From Candidatus Omnitrophota bacterium (GTDB taxonomy: Bacteria > Omnitrophota > Gorgyraeia > Zapsychrales > Fredricksoniimonadaceae), in NCBI GenBank assembly GCA_903901225.1, contig CAIUQE010000049.1, positions 5,003 to 69,002 of the forward strand: a stretch of DNA of 64,000 bases. Direction: 5' to 3'. Numbering within the stretch: position 1 is the stretch's first letter; each line of letters starts with the position of its first letter. Shown piece by piece: positions 17,801-26,968 of the stretch. A program made the translations under genes and the position numbers. A model generated the notes under the pieces. That model saw nothing but the letters and a program-made list of their open reading frames with translations, did no database searches and was not told where the DNA came from.

Positions 17801-18659
17801 CGCTTCAAAGTTCGAACGCGACACAGCCATTATCCTGCGGTATTTCGGATTGATCGGGAATATTCAAATGGGGAAGAACTGGCAGGTGCCGATGGATCAG
17901 CTTTGCGTCGATTTCAAGTTCGAATATAAGGGCAGGCAGATCATCATGGAGCCTCACCAGGAGCCGCAGGGCCAGTTGTATCTTGTCAATCGGGCGGATA
18001 TCGAACATATACTGGGGAATGACCCGCGGACCCTGGAGTATTTGTTCGTTAATCCGAGTATGAGATCGTTGAAATTCCATCCTGATTTTCTGTCCAGAGT
18101 GGATCGGCTTTCTTTGGCTGACGTCAGAAAAGATATTCTCAGGAATCTTTGGCAGATCAATATGGGGCGGACCATCTCCAGTTACGCGGCCGACCGTGAA
18201 AATACCCTGCGTCAGTTCGAACACACGAATTTTTCCTTGTATGCCTTTGAGTCCACACAGAAACTCTATGGCATCCTTCAGGATTATTTCGATATAACGG
18301 TCACTTCAAACGATAAAAAAGCGATCTCTCGGCTTATAACGGAAGCGAATTCCAGGAGTGATTATCATATTGTCAACAGCCTGTTGATGTACTGGACCGG
18401 CATGAGCAATTTACAAAAAGCGCTTGAGGGCGAGGGCGTGTTGAAGAAGAGAGCGCGAGATCTTGCCGGCACAACGGTTGGGTCGGAGAACGGCGGTATT
18501 GATTTTGATCAGAAATACCTGGATCTGAAAGTTGAGCCTGGAGAAGAAATTCAGGACAGCTTCCATGCGCCATATCCTGCTATTTCGGACAGGGGTCTGG
18601 ATGGCTTGAGGCCTGTGATCCTTCATGTCAACGCGCGCTTTATCGATATCAGTTTGTAA
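14868..18659 (+). CDS. Giant-paralog family member 2 (1263 aa). The conserved N-domain is the most divergent copy. It has a long unique middle of unknown function and the conserved C-tail.
   Basis: N-domain: ...KYFLTALTIPENDLWVNLSPFEADR...KVWITPRDAIV...REVLLPYIDREVNEGKLF..LRQMYAAMILAEWFK...VFNYVHEDVDP.TGEVIPRKYFAGG. C-tail: NGGIDFDQKYLDLKV...RPVILHVNARF. RBS GGGAGG lies before the ATG. Confidence 0.85.
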   Translation: MRCRGVCIITAFFFTTSQLAFLPARGDAAVYTPPQMGFLTPTAPSRDILLHGLELDPNTTRRMKFMFRAGEKELLPADAMRQIKYFLTALTIPENDLWVNLSPFEADRIISYPFGVTDMGRGFLEQDYILKQFCASLLHPESPSGREFWARIRQAGLGSAALDNNGQFKFIDKVWITPRDAIVKQDHGRVYIRKSRLQVMFREDPGVVAVSSEKISGIIREVLLPYIDREVNEGKLFMTLRQMYAAMILAEWFKRYVAGKSVWRQAFIGQKKVGGLDIDDPAVPLKVYGNYLRAVETGVFNYVHEDVDPGTGEVIPRKYFAGGISAGSGPSSLRHILRVEDNDLPSDFAEKSPDKDTEIPVWMQDIPARPVDVNSQLKDQVRKGLVCRVTRKEDGFVFKPEVPYGIEPDLIRVYSMTAKTFVLQKQYAAYLEAARARQALLDAMQHHEEAFRDYTASRKEALVRIASEIDLYLVNGSFTLFRNGPLTHIRWGTYRSDNDLSYSGIWLGERVLSALDQDEFSAFLLLEARNFLDGNNEKMEAYPLYRKIAALSGSSGETIPLMEGQDQSLTSLRQRPENSPGNSAFFINSTLPQERQLYKESLAARFAGTDLTVNERMKVVNALARISDEALRLRRESWPFLEAQKISRQEDIDAVAMAKNLLAEKNKYALLQNEVYEALFSSDEVESLLFKKLIPYAWVELLLHEGASTKSILFLCQHSDDPLGQWEKICAFRAVYEKDGVPPAWALLLSFSGKKVMDLWETTLKNEREDLVRQGLDPLWATYLVLMHPRDAVRYWNDDIEPKKRKIQQERGLSDAWATFYAVFDNESLKHDDSPFAFLRGADSLNLQAPDLALLQDEGVAMGLDLPHDGKVQWEQQIQHWQSALMKKGFEEPLLTYLLRAYQNPMEKAVKIEELALLIKRFDPRVKWQEALLTAFKLFHPRSYADKQEARGTGDIIKHLLFGRGKRGHRNYYQGYIFASKFERDTAIILRYFGLIGNIQMGKNWQVPMDQLCVDFKFEYKGRQIIMEPHQEPQGQLYLVNRADIEHILGNDPRTLEYLFVNPSMRSLKFHPDFLSRVDRLSLADVRKDILRNLWQINMGRTISSYAADRENTLRQFEHTNFSLYAFESTQKLYGILQDYFDITVTSNDKKAISRLITEANSRSDYHIVNSLLMYWTGMSNLQKALEGEGVLKKRARDLAGTTVGSENGGIDFDQKYLDLKVEPGEEIQDSFHAPYPAISDRGLDGLRPVILHVNARFIDISL

Positions 18660-18672
18660 ATATTCCCGAGGG

Positions 18673-19302
18673 TTATTGGACAACAGACGGATGCATTTTC
18701 CGTTGAATGGCTTGAGTGGTTGGGTCACCAGTGGGCAAAGCGCTCAGCATTTGATCCAGGGCGTATTTGAGGTTTTTGACGTCCTCCCGTAAACCGGGAA
18801 CGTCCTGAGCGGTGATTTGCGCTTTAAAGTTGTTGAGTTGTTCATTGATATCGTCACATTGTTTGTTCAGATCAGGGATCTGATTTCGCGCGGCATCTGT
18901 TTTTTCTTCAACCTTGAGCAAGGTTGTCACGTAGTCTTTTTGCCAGCCGTTCATTGTTTTTTTCAGTGCGTCCGTTTCTTCGCGCGTTGTTTTTAAGGCA
19001 TCATTGGTTGTTGAAAGTATATGCGTGGTTTTGTCAGTCAGTTCTTTCTGGGAAGTCAGCAGGGAGCTTTGCTCGTTGAGCTGTCGTTTCAGGGTTTCGA
19101 TGTCAGCGCGCAGGGCGCGGGTCTGTTCGTTCTGATCGAGCAGTTTCATGTTGGCGGTCTTAAGGTCGTTGCGTTGCTGGTTGCAGGAAAAGTACAGGTA
19201 GAGGAGCATCGACACGGCCGCTATCGCGAGGATCCCGAGCGAGACAGGTCGCGCGGATTTCCGGATATTAGAAAGTAATAGTTGTGGTGTTTGCTTGTCC
19301 AT
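18673..19302 (-). CDS. Coiled-coil membrane protein (N-terminal TM helix, then a ~150-aa Q/K/E/L-rich coiled coil). It is embedded on the opposite strand between giant paralogs 2 and 3.
   Basis: TM LGILAIAAVSMLLYLYF, then heptad-like ...LKRQLNEQSSLLTSQKELTDKTTHIL...ETDALKKTMNGWQKDYVTTLLKVEEK.... It is the only gene interrupting the array. Confidence 0.5.
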   Translation of the reverse strand: MDKQTPQLLLSNIRKSARPVSLGILAIAAVSMLLYLYFSCNQQRNDLKTANMKLLDQNEQTRALRADIETLKRQLNEQSSLLTSQKELTDKTTHILSTTNDALKTTREETDALKKTMNGWQKDYVTTLLKVEEKTDAARNQIPDLNKQCDDINEQLNNFKAQITAQDVPGLREDVKNLKYALDQMLSALPTGDPTTQAIQRKMHPSVVQ

Positions 19303-19397
19303 GGCTGCCGTTCCAGGTCACGTTTGTTTTGCCAGGAAGTATAAACCATGATTTTTCAATAAACAAGTGTTGGATGAAAATTACCCGGAGATCACCA

Positions 19398-22300
19398 ATG
19401 AAAAAGACCATAGCGTTCCTTGTTCTTGTTAGTTTTTTTGTTACAAACATCGGCCAAAGTGCAACGTATGCCCAAAGTTTTCACTTGCCCGCAGCCGGAG
19501 GCATGGTCCATCTAAGTTCACCGTTCGACCCGATAATGCTTCAAGGCATTAAAGTTCATCCTGAAGATCCGTTCAGGTTCGATTTTATTGTTGATAAGGG
19601 CGATAGCTCACTGGGTCATGATCAGTTCAAAGGGGAATCAGGAAAATTGATCCGGTACTTTCTTGCCAGTCTGACGACGCCGGAAAAAGACCTGTGGGTC
19701 AATCTTTCGCCTTACGAAAAGGATCGTGTTATTCCTGATAGTTTTGGTTTGACGGAAATGGGCCGTGACTTGCTGGCGGAAGATTACATTCTTAAACAGG
19801 TCACAGCCTCATTGATCTATCCGGAGGATGCCATAGGAAAAGAATTCTGGAAACGTGTTTATGAAGAAGCCGCAAGGAAATTTGGCAGGACAGATATCCC
19901 GCTTGATACCTTCAATAAAGTTTGGATCGTTCCCCAAAAGGCTGTGGTGTACGAGAATGTTAAAGCGGGGATAGCTTATGTCGTGGAAGCCAGGCTTAAC
20001 GTCATGCTTGAGCAGGATTATTTATCTCTCCAGCAACATGTGACAACACGACCTGAACAGGGCACGGCGGAAGAGGCCAATCAGCTGGGAAGCCAGATAG
20101 TACGTGAAGTGGTTATCCCTGAATTAACCCAAGAGATCAACCGGAACAGCAACTTTGCCCGTCTGCGACAGGTCTATAATGCATTGATCCTGGCCACATG
20201 GTACAAAAAGAAGATCAAAAACAGCATATTGTCCCGGATTTATGTCGACAAAGATAAAACGGCCGGGGTCCAATATGCCTCGACAGTCCTTCCGCCTGCA
20301 AAGGGCGTCAGGGCCAAGGATGATGTTGAGGGGATCTATCAGGAATATGTGAAAGCATTTCAAAAGGGTGTTTATAACTATATCAAGGAAAGTGAGGATC
20401 CTGTGACGGGGCAGGTTGTCCCCAGGAAATATTTTTCAGGTGGTTTTGGTGCGACAGACCTTTCCCAGGTGACGTTTGAAACGACACAAGATCCCGCGGC
20501 GGTTTCATTGGAGAAAAAGCCTCTATGGGACATATCCGTACAGCTTGCCGGTGCCAAAGGCCCGCGCGATGCGTCGATGCTTCCCAGGCCTTTGGGAATG
20601 GAACATGTTCGGGAGCTGCTGGATGCTTATATTGCTGATCACAGATCGCGGGATTTATTCCGGGATTTAAAGGGAATGGGGATCGAGCCAAACCAATTTA
20701 AAGACGTATTGCACGCGCAATTTCAGGCCATTTACCAGGATTATCCGCACGGGGCTGTGAATCCGGTGCAATTGATCAAGGAGGATCCCCGGTTGAAAGA
20801 TTTCCTGGTACGTCTTTTCACTCAAAGAAAAGTTCGCGCGGGGATGGATCCTGAGGTGATGAACAAAGTTTTTGACAAATTGATCCAATATGGGGAAGAC
20901 CCTGAATTGGCAAGGCATAAAGTTTATGAGGAGGTCATTGATTTTGAACGTGATCGGGATTGGCTCAAGTTCAGGGGGAAAAAAGATGTTTCCGACCATG
21001 GGTTAGCTCAGATTCTGCCGTTTATTCAGGATATTAACCTGCTTTCTGGGGCTACTGTTGTCAATGTGGGGGCCAATAATTCCGGGTTAGGCGCCATGAT
21101 CGCTGAAAAGTTCCCGGGTTTAAATATAGTAGATTCTGACATTGAATCAGCCAGGACCGTCGGTTGGGAAAATCCTGCGGGTCTTGCGAATCTCTCCTTT
21201 CACCATCAACCTGGCCCCATGCAGACAGGGTTTGATGATAAATCTGTTGATGTCATTATTTTAAGCAGCATGCTCCATCATGTGACGATCCAGGCTTTCG
21301 ATGGATTCATTAAAGAATTGCGCAGGATCCTTAAGCCTGGAGGGAGGATCATTTTGCGAGAAGACAGTTTTTCATATTCTGAACAGGTGGCTGCAACGGA
21401 TGGACTCAATGAGGCATTAACGCGCGAATTTTTGAGCCATGATGAACAATTCATCATTAACGCGTTCATTTTTATTGACTGGTTTGCCAATACGGTCATG
21501 AACAAGCGCATTATGCCGATGCCGTTTGATTTTCAATCACAGGAGACATGGCAAAAGGTTTTCGCGCATTACGGGTTTTCAGAAGAGAGCGCAACTACCT
21601 ACGGCATGCCTTATATGCGTTCAATGCAGGAATTCCGGTTGACGTCAAATGCAACGCCGCGTGTGCCGCTCGCCATTCGCGTTGACCCGAACACCAGGTT
21701 AAACCTTCTTTTTAGCCTTCTCTTCACACCTGTGCAGCAAAAGAGTCTGCAAATTTCCTATGGGATCAGGGACGTGGAACGTGCTGGTTGGGTGTTCAAT
21801 AAGATTCTTTCCCCTGAAACAGTTGCCGATCATAGCTGGGGAACAACGCTACTGGCATTGTTGTTGGCACCTTCAACATTGGATGTGAAGCGTGTTATCG
21901 CGATGGCCTTAATGCATGATATTGCCGAAGGTCCCATGAAGAAAGATTATCGTCCTGGAGAGATCGATGAGAAAGTAAAGCATGCCATGGAGGAAGCTGT
22001 CTTTTCAAAAGTCATACAGCCTTTTTCCCAGCGGGACGAATGGGACAGTATGTTTAAGGAGTTAAATCTGGCTACAACCCCTGAAGCAAGGTTCCTCAAA
22101 GTTGTGGACAGATTTGATATGTGGTTACAGGCGAGATTTTATAAGAAAGTGTACGGGGACAGGATCGATTTCGAAAGTTTCTTTAATAATGCCAGAGCCA
22201 TGTTTGAAAAACAGGGTGACATTGGAAAACATGTCCTGGGTATTGTTGATAATCCTTCAAAAAACAAGGACCTCCTTGACGCGCTGGACAAAATTTATGA

Positions 22301-23819
22301 ATTAAAGCTGTCATCTGAAATGAGGAAGGGATCCCCGGCTTCAGAGGCATGGACAAAAAGCTGGACATACCTGAGCACAACATCGGTAGAAAACGACATT
22401 TTACCAGGCCTAGGTTTGTTAACGTTGGCGCCCATACTTGCTCGACCAGATCTCAAGGGCTCTTTAGATGTAATTTTAGAACATTCGTATAATCCCAAGT
22501 TTTTACAGAACGTTGTTGAAACAGCCGGGAATGAGCAAAATCGCGGTTTGATCGATGATATCACGCAAATTGTCAACAGGATCTCCAATGACCGTATCAA
22601 GGGGGCGGTTCCGCAAGATACATCGATCCTGCTCAAGACAGACAAGGATATACTTCATTTTCTTCTCCTTGCGGCCCAGGATCGTCCGAAGGAATATCCA
22701 TTGGCCCGGGTTGCCGCAGGGTTTGTGGCGGGCAATGATCGTTTATCGGATGAGATCGGGGTTAATCATTATGGCTCTCATGAACATGCCGAAATAAACC
22801 TGATCTTAAGCATACTTGAAAAAGAAGCTGTCAATGTGCAGCCTAAAAGGCAAGGCAAATATGAAAAGTTGCTAAAACAGGTACGGAAGTTTGTAAAAAA
22901 GGAGAAATTAGATACTAAGAAAGGATTGTTTTTGATCCGCAAGGTCCTTAGGTTAGCGGACCAGCCGTTCAAGGATGGAAGTTTTTATGTGACACTCATG
23001 CCATGCAGTTCTTGCCAGAATATTTTGAAAGAACTCGGCCTTAAAAGGATCATTTATTCTGAAATACATCCTGATTCCCAAAAAGCAGAAAAGTGGCAGC
23101 GTCAATTTGAAAAGCTTTCCAAGAAGAATGGGATCAAAATTATTCACGTTGACATGTTGGCGGCCGAAGTTCAGCCCAATCAGCTTTTCGCTTCAATTGT
23201 CGCAAAGTCCCCGGAAGGGCATAGCCGGTTTCAGGAAGCATATCACGGGTTCATAGATCGGAACATGGATGAGGATGCCGTTGCATTAATTGACAAATGG
23301 TTGTCAGTTCATAAGAGCAAGCTTGTTGATATCATTGCGTTCTTCGGGAATGTGATGCCGGATGACGCTCCGGTTCTTTTTGATATTTTGTTTGGTCGCG
23401 TTGTGGATGTCGACAAGTTGAAGGATGTATTTCAGCGATATGGGGATACGGAAGGATTTGCTTCATATCTGAGCGCGGTCCATCGTATCTCGCATAGCAC
23501 GTATGTTGATCAAGTTATCAATAAAGCGTCCATGAGTGTTATTGAAAGAAGTCCTGATAAGGCCATGCGAACAACAGATGGTGGTATTGATCTGGGTCCG
23601 GATAAAATGAATTTGGAACTGCGGCAGGATGATGGGGAAATTCAATTTAATCTGGATCCAGGCATGGTCGAACAATTTCGGGCGGTTCCTGGTTTCGTGC
23701 CGGTTATTTTCAATATCCAGCCGATGACGAACCTGAAGATGTTTTTAGGGTTGAAGGAGCAGGGAGATCAGCAGATGATAGGCGCCGTTGCATCGACGCC
23801 GCCCGGCATGGCAACCTGA
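19398..23819 (+). CDS. Giant-paralog family member 3 (about 1470 aa from the ATG at 19398). It has a signal peptide and the conserved N-domain. Its cargo has a class-I SAM-MTase-like segment, an HD phosphohydrolase domain, and a CDA-like zinc deaminase motif. It ends with the conserved C-tail.
   Basis: Signal peptide MKKTIAFLVLVSFFVTNIGQSATYAQS (RBS GGAG 7 nt upstream). MTase-like VVNVGANNSGLG...LKPGGRIILRED. HD: HSWGTTLLALLL...ALMHDIAEGP. Deaminase: GSHEHAEINLI (22779-22793) ...YVTLMPCSSCQNILKELGLKRIIYSE (PCxxC at 23001-23015). C-tail: DGGIDLGPDKMNLEL...NLDPGMVEQF...GFVPVIFNIQPMTNLKMF. Confidence 0.85.
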   Translation: MKKTIAFLVLVSFFVTNIGQSATYAQSFHLPAAGGMVHLSSPFDPIMLQGIKVHPEDPFRFDFIVDKGDSSLGHDQFKGESGKLIRYFLASLTTPEKDLWVNLSPYEKDRVIPDSFGLTEMGRDLLAEDYILKQVTASLIYPEDAIGKEFWKRVYEEAARKFGRTDIPLDTFNKVWIVPQKAVVYENVKAGIAYVVEARLNVMLEQDYLSLQQHVTTRPEQGTAEEANQLGSQIVREVVIPELTQEINRNSNFARLRQVYNALILATWYKKKIKNSILSRIYVDKDKTAGVQYASTVLPPAKGVRAKDDVEGIYQEYVKAFQKGVYNYIKESEDPVTGQVVPRKYFSGGFGATDLSQVTFETTQDPAAVSLEKKPLWDISVQLAGAKGPRDASMLPRPLGMEHVRELLDAYIADHRSRDLFRDLKGMGIEPNQFKDVLHAQFQAIYQDYPHGAVNPVQLIKEDPRLKDFLVRLFTQRKVRAGMDPEVMNKVFDKLIQYGEDPELARHKVYEEVIDFERDRDWLKFRGKKDVSDHGLAQILPFIQDINLLSGATVVNVGANNSGLGAMIAEKFPGLNIVDSDIESARTVGWENPAGLANLSFHHQPGPMQTGFDDKSVDVIILSSMLHHVTIQAFDGFIKELRRILKPGGRIILREDSFSYSEQVAATDGLNEALTREFLSHDEQFIINAFIFIDWFANTVMNKRIMPMPFDFQSQETWQKVFAHYGFSEESATTYGMPYMRSMQEFRLTSNATPRVPLAIRVDPNTRLNLLFSLLFTPVQQKSLQISYGIRDVERAGWVFNKILSPETVADHSWGTTLLALLLAPSTLDVKRVIAMALMHDIAEGPMKKDYRPGEIDEKVKHAMEEAVFSKVIQPFSQRDEWDSMFKELNLATTPEARFLKVVDRFDMWLQARFYKKVYGDRIDFESFFNNARAMFEKQGDIGKHVLGIVDNPSKNKDLLDALDKIYELKLSSEMRKGSPASEAWTKSWTYLSTTSVENDILPGLGLLTLAPILARPDLKGSLDVILEHSYNPKFLQNVVETAGNEQNRGLIDDITQIVNRISNDRIKGAVPQDTSILLKTDKDILHFLLLAAQDRPKEYPLARVAAGFVAGNDRLSDEIGVNHYGSHEHAEINLILSILEKEAVNVQPKRQGKYEKLLKQVRKFVKKEKLDTKKGLFLIRKVLRLADQPFKDGSFYVTLMPCSSCQNILKELGLKRIIYSEIHPDSQKAEKWQRQFEKLSKKNGIKIIHVDMLAAEVQPNQLFASIVAKSPEGHSRFQEAYHGFIDRNMDEDAVALIDKWLSVHKSKLVDIIAFFGNVMPDDAPVLFDILFGRVVDVDKLKDVFQRYGDTEGFASYLSAVHRISHSTYVDQVINKASMSVIERSPDKAMRTTDGGIDLGPDKMNLELRQDDGEIQFNLDPGMVEQFRAVPGFVPVIFNIQPMTNLKMFLGLKEQGDQQMIGAVASTPPGMAT

Positions 23820-23913
23820 AAACGACAGAGTTCACGCCGATTTCACATTCAGTCATTATTGAGATGTTACACTTTTCCCAAGATCAAGTGTCGAATTAAT
23901 AATTAGAGAAGCT

Positions 23914-26871
23914 ATGAATCTTCGTAAGAAAACTTTTATGTTTCGCTTGATGGCAGGCTGGATCATTTGCAGTTTTGTGTCTTCTGCCGTGATCCCGTCG
24001 GGTGCGCATGCCCAGGCGCTTAATTTGCCGGCGCCCGGCACCCGCATTTCTTTGAGCCCCGGTTTCACGCCGCCGCTTCTTAAGGGCATCAAGGTTTTTC
24101 CCGACGATCCGTTCCGTATTGATTTTATCCTTGATAAAGGTGATTCTGCCGGAACAGATGATCAGGTCAAGACAGATTCTAACCGGCTCATCAAGTACTT
24201 CCTCGCGTCGCTCACTGTTCCCGAAAAAGACCTTTGGGTTAATCTGTCGCCGTATGAAAAAGACCGTACTGTGCCAGATGCTTTTGGCCGGACCGAGATG
24301 GGCCGTGACCTGCTGGCCCAGGATTATATGCTGAAACAGATCACAGCATCTGTTTTCTCCCCGGATGGTGAACTCGGCAGGGCATTTTGGGCCAGGGTTT
24401 ATGCCGAAGCTCAAAAGCGTTACGGCACAACGGATATTCCGGTGGATACTTTTAACAAGGTCTGGATCATGGCGGACAAAGCCGTTGTTTACGACAACAA
24501 AGACACGGCTTTTGTTGCCGAAAGCCGCTTGAAGGTTTTGCTTGAAGAGGATTACCTGGCCTTGAAGCAGGAAGCGGGGGAGGGCCATGGTGACGCCCAC
24601 ACACTGGCTTCCAATGTGATCCGTGAGGTGATAATTCCCGCTCTTGAGAAAGAAGTCAATGAAGGCCGGAATTTCAGCACATTGCGACAGGTGTATCGGT
24701 CCCTGATCCTGGCGATATGGTACAGGAAGAAATTGCAAGGTGGGATCCTGACGCGGGCTTATGTTGGCAGGAACAAGGTGGCAGGCATCAATATCCGTGA
24801 CCCTTTTGAAAACCAGAAGATCTACAGCCGCTATGTGCAGGCATTCCGGGATGGCGCGTTTAATTACATTAAAGAAGAGGTGGACCGTTCTTCCGGGCAG
24901 ATGATCCCGCGGAAATATTTCTCCGGAGGCTTGGGTTTTATGGACGCGGCGGAGCACGTTGTCAGTTTGCCTATGAGTTACAGCGTTATGCCAGCTGTTG
25001 ACAAAGGACAGGGATGCTGTCACATCACGACACGGCTACAACCCCTTTCCAGTCCAGAACGGGTACTGGCCGCTGGCCATATTTTGTTGATACCTGACGG
25101 GAAGAACAGCACGCGCGTGGAGATGGGGATCCCGCCGGATGTCAGACTCTCTATGGTCGAGAAGATGCGCAAGGCCGAAGATTTTTCCATGACGAGCGAT
25201 GGTCAGGGATCCAGGCGCCTGAGATTCAGGATCAACAGTTCGGTAGAGAAGATCAGGAGTTTTCTGAATTTTGTTCCCTGGGAGCGGCATGCGGCCAAGG
25301 TCCTGGTGGCCGGGACAATGGTCTTTTCGTTTGTTGCGCTTTCATCACAGGTGCCGGAACGCGCCATCACCGTGGTGGACATGGTGCTGGTCGCGTTTAT
25401 CCTGCTTCTGGAATTGCTGGAGCGCCAGGAAAAGAGATTTCTTTCGGACCATGATTATTGGCTGAAGGTGCTGGAACGTTTCTATGACCAGGGGGTGTTC
25501 TCTAACGGTCATTCCGCACAGGAAGTGATGAGATTTTATCGTCGCTATTATCAGGAATTTGTGGACAACCTGGATGATGACCGGGAAGAAGAGACCCTGG
25601 AGTTGCTGGTCGGGACTTTGCCTGAGAAGGATATTCTGGATCTGACACACACGCCGCGCACAAAGTTCGAGGAGCGTCTCGGGTGGGCCTGGAGCAGGCG
25701 TGCGGAGAAATATAAGGAATTTATGAAGGCCCATCAAGGCTATGGGCACGTATTCCAAGCCAGCGGCCAGGAGAATTTGAAGGGTTTATCCCAGGAATTC
25801 GTGACACAGGCGTTGCAATTTTATAATACCCAGGACCATGCGGTCAGGTATTTTCTGAGCAAAACAGAGCGGGACGATCTGGCCAGGTTCCTGGCCGGGC
25901 ATATACCGGCCATACAAAAGTCCCGGATCATTGATGTGGGACCGCACCAGCCAAGCGTTATTCAGCAGTTGATGTACTGGGATCTTGTCTACCAGGCCGT
26001 GGATACGTTTTCATCGTCGTCAAAGGATGATTCCCAATCGACTGAAAAAGAGATGTCGATGAAAATAAGGAATGAGCTGGAAGGATTCGGCTTTGATTGG
26101 CGCAACGGGAAAGTCTTCTGGGATCCGCTGAAGAACAGGCATGCTGAATGGGATCCGGACATCTCATGGGTTCCAAAGGATGGTGGGTTGGATGTCAAGG
26201 AAATGGGAGACTTGCCATCTCTTGAAATTGAAGGCATGTTGCCTTATACAGCGTCATCACATGCCTTGTTCCTGAGTGTGGTCGACATTAAAGGACGCCG
26301 TCTACCCGTGGTTATTAAGCAGTATGATGATGTATCAGGGGGTGTAGGTTATTATGTTATGGCGTTTGTTCCTGGGGAAGCAAGGACATTATCGAGAATC
26401 AGTTCTTTGGAGAGGGACGGATTCCTGCCCCTTGATCTGGTAGATAAACGTAAGCAGGTCACCAGGTTCTTTGTTAAAAAATTTTATCATCCTCCTGAGG
26501 AATTTATTTATACGCCCAAGGGTAATGTGATCCCCATTGATCCGGAAGAGTTTGATAGCATGGCCGGAACGTTGAAGGTGCCCTCCGTAGAGCCTGCCAA
26601 GGCATATATTTGGGGCCAGTTAGGTGGGCCGGAATTCTATGGCCTTGTCAAATTTTCAATAAATGGCAGCGGTCAGACGCATGAGAACGAGGGAGGGGTC
26701 GATCTGACCACGGGCACGATAGACTGGCGGGCCCAAGATCAGGGGGGAAGAGAAGGATCGGATACCGACTTTGCCATGTTGCGGGGCCTGGACAGGGTCA
26801 CAGGTATTTCGCCCATGATCGTGAGTATCCAACCCGTGACGGACATGAAATCATTTTTCCATATAAAATAA
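23914..26871 (+). CDS. Giant-paralog family member 4 (985 aa). It has a signal peptide, the conserved N-domain, a unique middle containing a hydrophobic helix, and the conserved C-tail.
   Basis: N-domain: ...IKVFPDDPFRIDFILDKGDS...KYFLASLTVPEKDLWVNLSPYEKDR...DTFNKVWIMADKAVVY...REVIIPALEKEVNEGRNFSTLRQVYRSLILAIWYRKK...AFNYIKEEVD..SGQMIPRKYFSGG. Hydrophobic stretch VLVAGTMVFSFVALSS...VLVAFILLLELL. C-tail: EGGVDLTTGTIDW...FAMLRGL...GISPMIVSIQPVTDMKSF. Confidence 0.85.
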   Translation: MNLRKKTFMFRLMAGWIICSFVSSAVIPSGAHAQALNLPAPGTRISLSPGFTPPLLKGIKVFPDDPFRIDFILDKGDSAGTDDQVKTDSNRLIKYFLASLTVPEKDLWVNLSPYEKDRTVPDAFGRTEMGRDLLAQDYMLKQITASVFSPDGELGRAFWARVYAEAQKRYGTTDIPVDTFNKVWIMADKAVVYDNKDTAFVAESRLKVLLEEDYLALKQEAGEGHGDAHTLASNVIREVIIPALEKEVNEGRNFSTLRQVYRSLILAIWYRKKLQGGILTRAYVGRNKVAGINIRDPFENQKIYSRYVQAFRDGAFNYIKEEVDRSSGQMIPRKYFSGGLGFMDAAEHVVSLPMSYSVMPAVDKGQGCCHITTRLQPLSSPERVLAAGHILLIPDGKNSTRVEMGIPPDVRLSMVEKMRKAEDFSMTSDGQGSRRLRFRINSSVEKIRSFLNFVPWERHAAKVLVAGTMVFSFVALSSQVPERAITVVDMVLVAFILLLELLERQEKRFLSDHDYWLKVLERFYDQGVFSNGHSAQEVMRFYRRYYQEFVDNLDDDREEETLELLVGTLPEKDILDLTHTPRTKFEERLGWAWSRRAEKYKEFMKAHQGYGHVFQASGQENLKGLSQEFVTQALQFYNTQDHAVRYFLSKTERDDLARFLAGHIPAIQKSRIIDVGPHQPSVIQQLMYWDLVYQAVDTFSSSSKDDSQSTEKEMSMKIRNELEGFGFDWRNGKVFWDPLKNRHAEWDPDISWVPKDGGLDVKEMGDLPSLEIEGMLPYTASSHALFLSVVDIKGRRLPVVIKQYDDVSGGVGYYVMAFVPGEARTLSRISSLERDGFLPLDLVDKRKQVTRFFVKKFYHPPEEFIYTPKGNVIPIDPEEFDSMAGTLKVPSVEPAKAYIWGQLGGPEFYGLVKFSINGSGQTHENEGGVDLTTGTIDWRAQDQGGREGSDTDFAMLRGLDRVTGISPMIVSIQPVTDMKSFFHIK

Positions 26872-26968
26872 TTCGTGTTTGCTGCGGATATGTCTGTGCA
26901 GAATTATGTTGTCGTTGGCAAGATACAAACATGTTACAACATAAAAGGATATATTTCATATTTTAGGC

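Noticed and set aside
23896-25023. 375-aa minus-strand ORF antisense to giant paralog 4
   Set aside because: It lies entirely within the conserved N-domain coding region of paralog 4, which is supported by five-fold paralogy. It has no recognisable motifs.
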